Numbered from the stretch's first letter, positions 47,876 to 58,277 are shown. The stretch is 64,000 bases of DNA from Polyangiaceae bacterium (GCA_050287085.1 JBNKBE010000003.1:79350-143349), one strand, 5' to 3'. The notes: generated by a model not told the origin, from the letters alone. Numbers and translations are program-made.

Positions 47876-49249
47876 ATGAACACCGAACTCTTTCAAGATG
47901 CCCTCAACCGCCTCAACCAAGACAAGCCCAGCGACGCACGGCTTCGCTACGAGGAGCGGATCGCCTTCGGTCCAGCGCTGAAGCTGGATGTGTTCAGCTT
48001 AGGCAACGGCCTGCGAATCCTGCTCCTGGAGGAGCATAGCGCGGCCGTTCTCGCGTTTCACAGTTGGTTTCGGGTCGGCTCTCGTCATGAGCGCACCGGC
48101 AAGACCGGGCTCGCCCATCTCTTCGAACACTTGATGTTCAACGAGACGGAACACCTGCCACGAGGACAATTCGATCGCGAGCTAGAAGCCGTGGGAGCCG
48201 AAAGCAACGCCTCGACCTGGCTCGATTTCACCCAATACAACATCTCGGCGCCGAAAAGCGAGCTGGCTCGTTTGGTGCGCATGGAGGCCGATCGGATGGA
48301 GAATCTCATCCTCCGTCCGGCGCAGGTCGACTCGGAAAAGGAAGTGGTTGCTAACGAACGCCGCTTCCGCGTGGACGACGACGTGGAAGGTACGATCAAT
48401 GAAGTGCTCTACAAGACAGCATTTCGCGAGCACGCGTATCATTGGCCGACGATCGGGTGGATGGAGGACATAGAAGGCTTCACCCCCGAGGATTGTGCAG
48501 CCTTCTACCAAACGTACTACGCTCCCAATAACGCGATCCTCGTGTTGGTCGGCGACTTCGAGACCCCTGAAGCGCTGCGTGTCATTCAGGAAGCATACGG
48601 ACACTTGCCCGCGGCAAAGCTGCCCGTCGAAGATGTTCATCCCGAACCGCCGCAAACCGAACAACGCCGCGTGACTTTGCGCAAGCCGACGCCCACCGAG
48701 AAGCTCTGCATTGGGTACAAGGGGCCCGCTCTGGGAGACTTTGATCACATCCCGCTCAGTTTGCTCACAGAGATCCTCACGGGAGGTCGCTCCTCCCGTC
48801 TCTACCGGAGACTGGTGCGAGAACTAGAAGTCGCGTCCGAACTGCGTGCGTTTGTCGGCCCGTTCCGAGAACCGGGTTTGCTCGAGATATACGTAGCGGC
48901 TCGTGACGGCCATAGCGCCGAGGCCATTCTGAGTGTCATCGATGAGGAGACGGAACGTCTCGTTCGCGATGGAGTCACGGACGAAGAGATGAACCGCACT
49001 CAGGCACGCTTCGAATTGGGCTTGCTCCACGCACTTGAAAGCGCTGACGGAAAAGCCCAAACCATAGGCTTCTACGACTGCGTTCTGGGAGAGCCCGACG
49101 CCGCGTTTCGACGACTGGACGCGCTGCGTCGCGTGACCCCAAGCGACCTGCTACGAGTCGCACGCCGCTACCTGCGCCCGGAAGGACGCACCGTGGTCAT
49201 TACATTGAAATCAGAAGACAAGCCGTCCACGGCTGAGGTGGTGCAGTGA
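47876..49249 (+). CDS. M16 family zinc peptidase, catalytic subunit
   Basis: LGNGLR, VGSRHE, GLAHLFEHLMF (HxxEH), EVVANERR, YYAPNNA. Confidence 0.93.
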   Translation: MNTELFQDALNRLNQDKPSDARLRYEERIAFGPALKLDVFSLGNGLRILLLEEHSAAVLAFHSWFRVGSRHERTGKTGLAHLFEHLMFNETEHLPRGQFDRELEAVGAESNASTWLDFTQYNISAPKSELARLVRMEADRMENLILRPAQVDSEKEVVANERRFRVDDDVEGTINEVLYKTAFREHAYHWPTIGWMEDIEGFTPEDCAAFYQTYYAPNNAILVLVGDFETPEALRVIQEAYGHLPAAKLPVEDVHPEPPQTEQRRVTLRKPTPTEKLCIGYKGPALGDFDHIPLSLLTEILTGGRSSRLYRRLVRELEVASELRAFVGPFREPGLLEIYVAARDGHSAEAILSVIDEETERLVRDGVTDEEMNRTQARFELGLLHALESADGKAQTIGFYDCVLGEPDAAFRRLDALRRVTPSDLLRVARRYLRPEGRTVVITLKSEDKPSTAEVVQ

Positions 49250-50520
49250 CGAAACTACTGGTCGAAACCGATACCGCACTGCCGCTCGTACACGTGAGCG
49301 TCACCGCGCCTAACGGCAGCTCATTGGATCCGATGGGCAAAGAGGGGCTAAGCCGGCTCTGCCTGCGGCTCATGCGACGTACCGCTGGGGGCAGAGCGGC
49401 CAACGAAGTTGACGCCCTGATCGACCAGCTGGGCGCCGGACTTGGAGCAGAAGTCAGCTGCTCCACAGCGGGACTCTCCGGCTCCGTTCTCAGTCGGAAC
49501 CTGGACAGCTTCTCAGAACTGCTTCGCGATGCCCTCCGTGCGCCCGGTCTCGCAGAGCAAGAGTTCATGCGACTCAAGCGCGAAACGGAAGCGGAACTAC
49601 TGGAAGTACTCGACAACGATCGCACCTTGGCGCGCCGCTGGCTGCAGCGACGCCTCTTCGACAATCACCCTTTCGGGCGCAGTGTGGCGGGCACGCGAGC
49701 AAGTCTCGAAGCCATATCGCTCGCCGACGTGGCGCAGATGGTGGAGCAGACTTGGAGTGGCGCGCCAGCCACGATTGCGCTCGCTGGTGACGTGTCTGCA
49801 GCGCGCGCCGAAGCGGTAGTCAATGCGCTGAGCGATGCTGCGGTGCCCGCCGTGCCGACGTCGTTCGAGGAGCCAAAGCAGCGTTCCGGTCGGCACTTGA
49901 TCTTCGTCGACAAGCCGGAACGTACCCAAACACAAATCGCCGTGGGTGCACTCGGCACCTCGCCACGCGACGACGACCACACCGCGCTGCTCGTCGCCAA
50001 TACCGTCTTCGGTGGTACCTTCACGTCGCGCCTCACCCAGGAAGTTCGAGCGGAACGTGGCTGGTCCTACAGCGCGTACTCGTCCCTGTCATACGACCGC
50101 GCTCGGCGCGCCTTCAGCATGTGGACGTTCCCGGCCGCGAGCGACGCCGGGCCTTGTCTCGCCCTCCAACTCCAACTCCTCAATCAGTGGATCGACGACG
50201 GAATTAGCGCCGATGAACTGACGACAGCTCAGAACTACCTGGTACGTTCCAACGTATTCACGACCGACACGGCGGCCAAGCGCGTCGGCCTGCGTCAAGA
50301 AGTGCTCACCTATGGCCTGCCTGAAGACTACTACTCAGGGTACGCGGAACGGGTGCTGAGTGTAACGCGCGAAGCAGCCAACGCAGCCGTGCGCAATAGG
50401 CTAGATTCGAAGAACCTCTTCATCGTCGTCCTCGGAACCCAATCCGATATTCTGCGCGACATCGAACAAAGTGCAGGCGACCTCGATAGCCTCGAGATCA
50501 TTCCTTTCGATCGGGAATAG
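49246..50520 (+). CDS. M16 family peptidase, non-catalytic partner subunit
   Basis: M16 fold without HxxEH; FGGTFTSRL.QEVR.ERGWSY; GTGA overlap with the upstream gene. Confidence 0.88.
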   Translation: MTKLLVETDTALPLVHVSVTAPNGSSLDPMGKEGLSRLCLRLMRRTAGGRAANEVDALIDQLGAGLGAEVSCSTAGLSGSVLSRNLDSFSELLRDALRAPGLAEQEFMRLKRETEAELLEVLDNDRTLARRWLQRRLFDNHPFGRSVAGTRASLEAISLADVAQMVEQTWSGAPATIALAGDVSAARAEAVVNALSDAAVPAVPTSFEEPKQRSGRHLIFVDKPERTQTQIAVGALGTSPRDDDHTALLVANTVFGGTFTSRLTQEVRAERGWSYSAYSSLSYDRARRAFSMWTFPAASDAGPCLALQLQLLNQWIDDGISADELTTAQNYLVRSNVFTTDTAAKRVGLRQEVLTYGLPEDYYSGYAERVLSVTREAANAAVRNRLDSKNLFIVVLGTQSDILRDIEQSAGDLDSLEIIPFDRE

Positions 50521-50528
50521 GCCGCGGC

Positions 50529-52241
50529 TTAGAGCTCCATCGCGCCGAGCAGAGCTTCGGCGATCCCCGATGCAAGGTCGGTAGCAGGCGTTGTCTGTTC
50601 CCAGACCTTGCCGACCGTCACAACCCGCCGCAGATCCACGTAGACCTTGAGCTTGGGTTCCGTACCGCTTGGGCGAACGAGCACACGTCCGCTCTCACCG
50701 AGCTCAAAACGGAGGAGCGTATCGCTGGCAAGCCAGCGAGGACGCGCCTCACTTGCGACCCGGTAGTCCGTCATTTCAGTCACCGCGATGCCACAAAACT
50801 CAACCGGCGGAGCCTCCGCCAAGCGGTCCATCGCGTTAGCAATCGCCGTCTTTCCGGTCAGCGGATCACAGGTAACGCTCTTCTGAAAGCTGATCCAAAG
50901 CCCGTGCTCGACGTAGAGCTCTTCCAGCCGCTGATAGAGGCTACTGCCGCGGCTCTTCAGCTCGGCCGCTAGCTCCGCAAGCAGCAGTGCGGCCGCAATG
51001 CCATCCTTGTCCCGCACAATGTCTTCTGCGGAGTATCCGAGCGCCTCCTCAAAGCCGAAGACGAAGTGGAGGTTCTGTTCCTCATGCAGATCCAAGGCGG
51101 CGTTCCATACCCATTTGAAGCCAGTGAACGTGACTGCACAGTGGGCCCCATACTTGGCGGCGATCGACGCGAGCATGGGCGTGGAAACGATGCTGCTCGC
51201 AACCAGCGCTCGCTCTTTGCCGTGGTAGCGCCCGAGCTGATAGTCCGCAAGAAGGACACCCAGCTGATTGCCCGTGAGCTTCAGCATCGTTCCCTCGGGC
51301 TTCCGAACACACGCCGCCAATCGGTCGGCGTCCGGATCGTTCGCCAGCACGAGCTCAGCCTCCTCTCGTTCGGCCAAGGCCAGCGCAAGGGATAGCGCTC
51401 CCTCTTCTTCCGGATTCGGAAATCGGGTCGTTGGGAACGTTCCGTCGGGCTCGACCTGCTCGGCCACTGGAAACACACAAGCGAAGCCGGCGGTCGCCAA
51501 TGCACGCTTCACGGGGGCGTAGCCAACGCCATGCATCGCTGTATAGACGATCCGCAGATCCCGAGCGGGGGAAGTCTTCGGTCTCAGTCCATCGATATCC
51601 CGAAAGTAGGCCTCGACAACACCACAGGCAACAGGCTCCGCCAGTGGCTTCCCGCCCTCCATCGCGCCTGCGGCATAGGGCACGTCTTTGGCGGCCGGAG
51701 CCATCGCGATGCGAGCTGCGATCCGTTCATCCTTGGGTGCGATGATCTGGGCCCCGTTGGCGTCGTACAACTTATAGCCGTTGTCTTCCGCCGGATTGTG
51801 ACTGGCGGTGATCACTACGGCTGCTACAGCACTGTAGCGTCGCAGAGCATAGGCCACAATCGGCGTGGGGATCGGATGCTCAAAGTAGCGAACCAACAGG
51901 CCATGAGCCACTAATACCGCGCACGTATCCTCGGCAAAGACGCGACTGCTGAGACGGCCGTCGTAGCCCACGACCACGGGCAAGGAACGCGCATCTGGAT
52001 GGCTCGCGATCAACTCTTCGGCGAGGGCATGAGTGGTACGGCGCACGACCGCGCGATTCATCCGCAGCGACCCCGGCCCCACCTTGGCGCGCAGTCCAGC
52101 CGTACCAAAAGCTAGGTCTCCCGCAACCAGCTGGTGGAGCTGTTCATCGGTACCGCGCTCGATCAACAACCGGAGTTCAGCCTGTGTTTCGACGTCGCAG
52201 TCGCCGTCAGCCCAGGCTCGCGCCTTATCTTGAATGCTCAT
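50529..52241 (-). CDS. Phosphoglucomutase/phosphomannomutase family protein
   Basis: FGTAGLR, ITASHNP, DPDADR, GFEEALG, VRDKDG, RPSGTEPKLK. Confidence 0.95.
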   Translation of the reverse strand: MSIQDKARAWADGDCDVETQAELRLLIERGTDEQLHQLVAGDLAFGTAGLRAKVGPGSLRMNRAVVRRTTHALAEELIASHPDARSLPVVVGYDGRLSSRVFAEDTCAVLVAHGLLVRYFEHPIPTPIVAYALRRYSAVAAVVITASHNPAEDNGYKLYDANGAQIIAPKDERIAARIAMAPAAKDVPYAAGAMEGGKPLAEPVACGVVEAYFRDIDGLRPKTSPARDLRIVYTAMHGVGYAPVKRALATAGFACVFPVAEQVEPDGTFPTTRFPNPEEEGALSLALALAEREEAELVLANDPDADRLAACVRKPEGTMLKLTGNQLGVLLADYQLGRYHGKERALVASSIVSTPMLASIAAKYGAHCAVTFTGFKWVWNAALDLHEEQNLHFVFGFEEALGYSAEDIVRDKDGIAAALLLAELAAELKSRGSSLYQRLEELYVEHGLWISFQKSVTCDPLTGKTAIANAMDRLAEAPPVEFCGIAVTEMTDYRVASEARPRWLASDTLLRFELGESGRVLVRPSGTEPKLKVYVDLRRVVTVGKVWEQTTPATDLASGIAEALLGAMEL

Positions 52242-52248
52242 TGTTTCG

Positions 52249-53412
52249 CTAGTTCTTCCGCCCAGGACCGGCCAACTGTGTGGCGGCAATGAGGTGGGAA
52301 CGGCGCAGGGCCAATTGGCCACAAGCCGCATCCACGTCGTCGCCGCGGCGCGTACGTACAGAGCAACTCACCCCTTCTGACAGCAGCGTGGCTCGAAATG
52401 CATCGACCCGCTCGCTTCGGGGCGCACCCAAATCGGACTGCTCGATCGGATTCATTGGGATCAGATTGACCTTCACGCGAAGCCCTCGCAGCGTCCGCAC
52501 CAGGCGACGCGCGTGGGCTTCGCTGTCGTTCAGGTCGGCGATCAAGGTGTACTCGATGGTGATGCGCCGACGCTTGGGCAGGGGATATGCGCGCAGCGCT
52601 GCAATCAGCGCTGATACGTCAAAGCGCTTGTTCATCGGCATGATTTGGTCCCGCGTCTCGTTGTCGGGTGCGTGGAGCGACACTGCCAAGCCCAGCTTGC
52701 CCCCGAAATCCTCTCCCAGCTTGCGAATCCCGGGTACGAGGCCAACCGTGCTGACCGTGATCCGACGCGGGCTCATACCAAAGCCGGCTGGATGAGTGAG
52801 CAAAGCAATGGCACGACGCGTCTGCTCATAGTGGTGCAGGGGCTCGCCCATCCCCATGAAAACGATATTGCGCAGGTGCTCATCCGGGTCCAGCAGCTGC
52901 TTGGCGAGCAGCACTTGGCCCATGATTTCGTGGGCACCTAACCCGCGCGTCAGCCCCGCCTGGCCGCTGGCGCAAAACACACACCCCATGGCGCAGCCTA
53001 CCTGCGTAGAGACGCAAAGAGTTACCCGACGACGAAGCTCTTGCTCGCTGGCAGGCTCATCGTCCTCGTCGATCGCCGCGATATCGGCATCGGCACCCAA
53101 CGACGGACTCATCGGGATCAACACGCACTCGACTCGCAGCGCGTCGTGCAGGCGAAGCAGTATTTTGCGGGTACCGTCCGCCGAACGCCTCACTTCGTCG
53201 ATGACCGCCGGCGCCAGCGTGCCCTCAAGGGCGAGCTGCTCACGCAGCGCGCGAGCGAGATCCGTCATCTGCTCGGGCTCGAATACACCCCGACCATGGA
53301 TCCATTGGAAGATCTGACGAGCCCGAAAACGCGGCTCTCCGCGCGCCCCTAGCAACGCCTCCCACTCTTCGAGGGTGCGGCCCGCGGGATGGACCTCTGT
53401 GGCCTGACTCAC
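52249..53412 (-). CDS. rlmN: 23S rRNA/tRNA m2A methyltransferase RlmN
   Basis: CVSTQVGCAMGCVFC, MGMGEPL, SLHAP, AACGQL. Confidence 0.96.
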   Translation of the reverse strand: MSQATEVHPAGRTLEEWEALLGARGEPRFRARQIFQWIHGRGVFEPEQMTDLARALREQLALEGTLAPAVIDEVRRSADGTRKILLRLHDALRVECVLIPMSPSLGADADIAAIDEDDEPASEQELRRRVTLCVSTQVGCAMGCVFCASGQAGLTRGLGAHEIMGQVLLAKQLLDPDEHLRNIVFMGMGEPLHHYEQTRRAIALLTHPAGFGMSPRRITVSTVGLVPGIRKLGEDFGGKLGLAVSLHAPDNETRDQIMPMNKRFDVSALIAALRAYPLPKRRRITIEYTLIADLNDSEAHARRLVRTLRGLRVKVNLIPMNPIEQSDLGAPRSERVDAFRATLLSEGVSCSVRTRRGDDVDAACGQLALRRSHLIAATQLAGPGRKN

Positions 53413-54293
53413 GCTTCAACCTCCGCTCGCTTGGCTTCCTCCCAGTACCGATCGAGCTCGGTCAGGGGCACGCCGCGCATCGGCTTTCCGCGCTCGTCGA
53501 GCGGCCAGCGGCCGTACCCTTGAAGCACACGCTCTTCGACGTGCGCAAAGCGGCGCTGAAATTTGTCTGCAGCTCGCGCCAGAGCCGACTCCGGCTCGAT
53601 GCCCACATGGCGAGCCCAGTTGGTCATGGCAAAGAGCAGATCGCCAAACTCTTCGACCACATGCGCGGAAGGTCGCTCCGCCCCCGAGTGGCTCTTCGTC
53701 GACTCGCTAGCGGCCACCGCCTCCGCCAGCTCAGCCTGCTCTTCGCGGACTTTGGCCAAGGCGGCTTCCGCATCCGGCCAATCGAACCCAACCTCGGCGG
53801 CCTTGCGCGACAGGGCGAAAGCTCGACTCAGAGCCGGCAGGTTTCGGGGAACGCCACCGAGTAGCGGCCGCGACGCCTTTTCCTGGCGTTTGATGGCTTC
53901 CCATTGGGCCGTGACAGCCTCCGCGTCGTCTGCATCGCTATCCGCAAAGACGTGTGGATGACGGCGAACGAGCTTCTCACAGATGCCATGGACGACGTCG
54001 TCCATTCCGAAAGCTTGGCGTGCACGCATCAGCTCGGTGAGGAATACGACTTGGAGCAGCAAGTCGCCGAGCTCCTCGCACATGCTGACGTCGTCAGCGT
54101 CGTCGATCGCGTCCAACACCTCAGCCGCTTCCTCGACCACGTAGCGCTTCAACGACTCCGGGGTTTGCTCACGGTCCCACGGGCATCCGTCGGGTGCGAG
54201 CAGTCGACGCATCAAGCCAACCAGCGATGAAATGGTGCTGCCCTGCTGCTTTTCCAACTCGGGCACGGTGGGAAGGGGAAACGAGCGACTCAC
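53409..54293 (-). CDS. mazG: Nucleoside triphosphate pyrophosphohydrolase MazG
   Basis: GCPWDREQT, EEAAEV, EELGDLL, KLVRRHPHVF, GFDWP, EEFGDLLF. Confidence 0.95.
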   Translation of the reverse strand: MSRSFPLPTVPELEKQQGSTISSLVGLMRRLLAPDGCPWDREQTPESLKRYVVEEAAEVLDAIDDADDVSMCEELGDLLLQVVFLTELMRARQAFGMDDVVHGICEKLVRRHPHVFADSDADDAEAVTAQWEAIKRQEKASRPLLGGVPRNLPALSRAFALSRKAAEVGFDWPDAEAALAKVREEQAELAEAVAASESTKSHSGAERPSAHVVEEFGDLLFAMTNWARHVGIEPESALARAADKFQRRFAHVEERVLQGYGRWPLDERGKPMRGVPLTELDRYWEEAKRAEVEA

Positions 54294-54384
54294 CGCTACG
54301 CCCTAGCACACGCGCCAGCGCCGTGGCACACGCGCTTTCACGGGCGCGTCGCAAACGCAACACCCACCCCTATTGGGAACACGC

Positions 54385-54957
54385 TCAGGCGCCCGAGCCT
54401 GTATTCATTCTCGGAAAAAGCGGCAGCGTTCGTTCCGCCGCGGTCGGACCCCGCCGGCGCCGGGGCAGTGTCGGAACCGCCGCGGGGCGGCGATTGGCGC
54501 GCAAGACCGTGCCCGGCAGACGACGTCGCAGTCGCGTGTCGGAGAGAGACAACGCTCGACGATCGGCCTCCTCGAGGACAACCTCAAGGGGAACAACAGC
54601 CCCGTCTCGGGGATCCCATCGGAAGAGTTGCCCACAATCAGCGGCCCCTTGACGAGCACGCACCAAGAAGAGCTCGCGCCCGCCGCGTCCGCAGCCGCCG
54701 ATCGGAAGAAGCCCCAGGTGCGTCAGCTGAGCGCCAGGAACGTGCAGCGTCGCTTCGTCCAGCAGTCGCCCAGGTTCGAAGAGCTCCACCACAAATAGGG
54801 CGTTGTCCGCCGAGCGGCCAGGCGGCAGCGCCATTCCCTGACCTAGACGGCGCGTAGTCTGCAGCCAACACACCACGCGCTCGTCCAGGATGAAGGGCAG
54901 CGCAAGTTGCAGGGCGCATACGTCTCGACGAGTCAACACGTGAGGGAGCGGCTTCAC
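54385..54957 (-). CDS. Hypothetical protein, weak SMI1/KNR4 (SUKH)-like pattern
   Basis: Same strand as neighbours; LLPIGGCGRGG.ELFL...GQLFRWD resembles the SUKH C-terminal motif. Confidence 0.4.
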   Translation of the reverse strand: MKPLPHVLTRRDVCALQLALPFILDERVVCWLQTTRRLGQGMALPPGRSADNALFVVELFEPGRLLDEATLHVPGAQLTHLGLLPIGGCGRGGRELFLVRARQGAADCGQLFRWDPRDGAVVPLEVVLEEADRRALSLSDTRLRRRLPGTVLRANRRPAAVPTLPRRRRGPTAAERTLPLFPRMNTGSGA

Positions 54958-55119
54958 GGCTCGGGGTTAGCCCGTCCACGCGAGCCGGGAAAACTTTCGT
55001 CCGCGATCCGAGGTCTCCAGGCCGGCCTAGAGTACGCCAAGAAACACGTGGACGGTGGCGTAGGCGACGAGCGCTCGACGGTCGAACACCCCAGGGCGCG
55101 CCAGCTGCGACCCGCCCTG

Positions 55120-56046
55120 CTAGGCCAGATAGCGCTCGCCGGTATCGCAGAGCACCGTTACCACGTCCCCCCTCAGCGATCGCGCCAGCTCGACGGCAGC
55201 GTGCACGTTGGCGCCTGACGAGGGTCCGACGAGCAACCCCTCTTCCCGAGCCAGGCGTCCGGCCATACGGCTCGCCTCAAGATCGGTCACCGTCACCACT
55301 CGCTTCAGCAGGGTCCGGTCGAGATTATCAGGGACAAAGCCCGCACCAAGGCCCTGAATTCCGTGGAGCCCAGGCGAGCCTCCGCTCAAGACAGCACTGC
55401 GCGCCGGCTCTACCGCAACGACCTCCACTTCAGGCCGACGCTCTCGTAGCAGGCGTGCGACCCCTGTAAGCGTGCCGCCAGTTCCAACGCCCGCCACAAA
55501 ACCGACCCAATGCGGGGGTGCTTGCTCGAGCAGTTCGGCCGCTGTTGTCGCCGAATGCTCGTCCGGATTGGCCGGGTTGTCGAATTGGCTCGGCATGAAA
55601 GCCCCGGGGGTTTGCTCCAACAATTCTTCAGCCCGGGCAACGGCCCCAGCCATTCCCCACGTAGCTTCCGTGAGTTCCACCCGAGCGCCGTAGGACTCCA
55701 AGAGCACGCGGCGGGTCACGCTCATGTCCTCGGGCATCACCACAACACAGTGGTAACCCCGCACGGCCGCGATCATCGCCAAACTGATACCGGTATTGCC
55801 ACTGGTCGCTTCGATCAACGTCGCTCCGGGCGTGAGCCGTCCCTCGCGTTCGGCGCAGCGCACCATGCCGAGTGCGGGGCGGTCTTTGACGCTGCCGGCT
55901 GGGTTGAGGAACTCCGCTTTGGCCCATACCTGAGCCCCGGCATCGGAGCTGATTCGGGCAAGGCGCACAAGCGGCGTAGCTCCAATCAGCCCGAGGGCGT
56001 CGTCGCAAACGAGTAGGCCCCCCGCGGTGCGTCTGATCGTCGACAT
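55120..56046 (-). CDS. cysK: Cysteine synthase A
   Basis: IGATPLV, KAEFLNPAGSVKDR, EATSGNTG, QFDNPAN, GVGTGGT, HGIQGLGAG, DTGERYL. Confidence 0.95.
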   Translation of the reverse strand: MSTIRRTAGGLLVCDDALGLIGATPLVRLARISSDAGAQVWAKAEFLNPAGSVKDRPALGMVRCAEREGRLTPGATLIEATSGNTGISLAMIAAVRGYHCVVVMPEDMSVTRRVLLESYGARVELTEATWGMAGAVARAEELLEQTPGAFMPSQFDNPANPDEHSATTAAELLEQAPPHWVGFVAGVGTGGTLTGVARLLRERRPEVEVVAVEPARSAVLSGGSPGLHGIQGLGAGFVPDNLDRTLLKRVVTVTDLEASRMAGRLAREEGLLVGPSSGANVHAAVELARSLRGDVVTVLCDTGERYLA

Positions 56047-56891
56047 CACGACTCCGGCTCGTCGAACAATCGGAGCGTCTCGCCCGACGCGAGCTCCAGG
56101 GGCCGCACCGCGTCGGTCTTCAGCATCACCACCAGACGATCGGAGTCCCCTTCCGCGCCCGCGACGGCCGTGCGGACGACGCCACAGTCCCGACCGGCTC
56201 CCCTCACCACGTCACCCACCTGCGCGACGCCCGGCTCACATGTCCCCATGCGGAGTCTCCGCGATACCTTGCCGCGCATATCCTGCATGCACACAACTTC
56301 TTGTCCGAGGTAACAGCCTTTGGACCACGACACTGCCAATCGATCCAGACCCGCCTCATGAGGTCGCTCCCCCGAATCGAAGTCAATTCCGAATTCCGGC
56401 AAACCATGGTCGATGCGAAAACGTGCCCAATGCTCTGCACCAAGGGGGGTCAAGGGTACGCGCGTCCCTTTTGGGAGGCACGACAGCCAGCTGCTGACTG
56501 AACCCCGCGCAAGCTTTGCCGTTTGCCCGCCAGCGGCTTCAAATAGAGCCGCGCTCTTGGCCGCGTCTGGACCGAAGCTCTCAAACCAGTCGAACTCATC
56601 CGCCCATGACAATTCGGCATCCTCCATGATGAGCATGGAGTCCAGATGAGTGAGCAGCGCCTGCCCGCGCCCCTCTGACACGGCACAAAGGGCACGCTGC
56701 CCCGTTTCCAGAACCCAAATCTCACTTTGGATCTTGCCTTTGCGATCCAGCGCCAGTCCCCAGACTGCTTCTCGCGACGTCAAGTTGCGCGTGTCGCACG
56801 TAAGGACCCCGGAGAGCCAAGGCAGACGCTCGGAACCGGTCACAGCTAGAGTCTGCCAACCCGCATGCGCAAACGTTGTCGTATGATCCAT
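56046..56891 (-). CDS. ygfZ: Folate-binding Fe-S repair/tRNA-modification protein YgfZ
   Basis: KGCYLGQEVV signature; GcvT-like N-terminus. Confidence 0.88.
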   Translation of the reverse strand: MDHTTTFAHAGWQTLAVTGSERLPWLSGVLTCDTRNLTSREAVWGLALDRKGKIQSEIWVLETGQRALCAVSEGRGQALLTHLDSMLIMEDAELSWADEFDWFESFGPDAAKSAALFEAAGGQTAKLARGSVSSWLSCLPKGTRVPLTPLGAEHWARFRIDHGLPEFGIDFDSGERPHEAGLDRLAVSWSKGCYLGQEVVCMQDMRGKVSRRLRMGTCEPGVAQVGDVVRGAGRDCGVVRTAVAGAEGDSDRLVVMLKTDAVRPLELASGETLRLFDEPES

Positions 56892-56903
56892 GGCGGAAGT
56901 CCG

Positions 56904-57758
56904 TTACAGCTTGCGCTCTGCCAACCGGTAGATGGGGCCTTCTTTGAGCTCGACAGTGCGTTCCGCGCTCCCCGGCGTCTTCACTGTCAACTTCACCCCC
57001 CGCGCAGCATTCGCGTTGATAGCGGTCCGAAGCTCTCGCTCGTCCATCGCTCTCACGCTGCGTCCCATGACGCGCAATAGCTCATCGCCACGGCGTAGTC
57101 CCGCGCGCTCCGCCGGAGAGCGATTCAACGTCCGCGTGATGAAGGCCGAGCGAGACCGGAGCTCATAGGAAAGTCCAAGACCCAAATCAGCCCGGGCAGG
57201 CGCCAACTCAAGTTCGATTTCGGCTCCGCCTTCACATTCGATCACGATCGGGTCGAGCTGAGCCTCCTCGTGGGGATGACGAATGTCACGCGTACAGATC
57301 GGCCGGTCCACCACGCTGTTCTGCTCCCACAGCTCGATACGCAATTCAGCATCGCGGGGTACGACGTAGTTCTCCTGCGGAGAATGCGGCCAGATGGGGT
57401 GATAGCTGTCGGTGTCAATCGTCGTCCTAAACAGCTCACGCCCGTCAAGCGATACCGTCGCAAAGGAATCGGGAGCGCCCATGCCCAGCTCGTCCCAGCG
57501 CCGACCGTCTCGCGTGAGCCGCGGGATCTCGGCACGTTTGAAGGCGATGTAGAGCATGTCCGGTGGAGGGGGTGGCTCAAGTTCCGCGCCCGCGGGGGGA
57601 CGTTTCAGTGGAGTCGAAATCTCTGGATAAAGTCCGACACAAGCCGTGCCGAACAAGACCCCGAACGCCACAGACACAAGTGGGCGTCGCATCGACATAG
57701 GTCGACGCCCAGCACCGGCTCGAGAACGCCCCATTCGCAGTAGAAAGGAAGTAGCCAT
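56904..57758 (-). CDS. Lipoprotein with a C2-like domain and a C-terminal PDZ domain
   Basis: FGTAC lipobox; APDSF...T....DSYHPIW...LRIELWE (C2-like); LGL...SPAERAGLRRGDELLRVMG (PDZ); start uncertain. Confidence 0.75.
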   Translation of the reverse strand: MATSFLLRMGRSRAGAGRRPMSMRRPLVSVAFGVLFGTACVGLYPEISTPLKRPPAGAELEPPPPPDMLYIAFKRAEIPRLTRDGRRWDELGMGAPDSFATVSLDGRELFRTTIDTDSYHPIWPHSPQENYVVPRDAELRIELWEQNSVVDRPICTRDIRHPHEEAQLDPIVIECEGGAEIELELAPARADLGLGLSYELRSRSAFITRTLNRSPAERAGLRRGDELLRVMGRSVRAMDERELRTAINANAARGVKLTVKTPGSAERTVELKEGPIYRLAERKL

Positions 57759-58277
57759 GGGCCTACGACCTTAGCATACAGCGGATACGAACGAGCCAAC
57801 GAGCGCCGCAATCGCTCATTCGACCGGCCTGGTTCCGGCAGCCGTGAGAAGAGTGCGCCCAGCCAGACCCACGCCGGGTCAAGGCTGCGCCGAGCTCCGA
57901 GCACGCCGTAGTGTGGTCCGCCTCGGGCCATCTGGGAGCGTTAGAAAACTTGCAGCAGACCATATCCGAGGGCCTTGACGAGGCGCGCTGGACGCACGCG
58001 AGATCTCAATTCTCCGTCGTTCGTATCGTTCTGTGTCTGCCCCCGCACCAAGCCGCCATGGCGGGCAGTCGTTTCGCGCTCCACAGTTGCGCATTGGGTC
58101 CCTTTGCCGCATGTATGTGGTGCCCCTCAGTGCACTCAGTTGCAATCGCGTTGCATCGCCGGTCGGCGTCCGAACCCTCGGTGCAGGCGCTCGGTGAAAA
58201 GCGTGCAGTCCTGAGTCAAGGCTGGCGTCGTGTATCGAGGCGGGGTAGTTTCTAAGGGCTGAAAGGCGATCCATTTC

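Noticed and set aside
57760..58277. Small ORFs (57911-58255 plus, 57879-58274 minus) in the divergent gap
   Set aside because: No family signal or convincing start context; left as intergenic.
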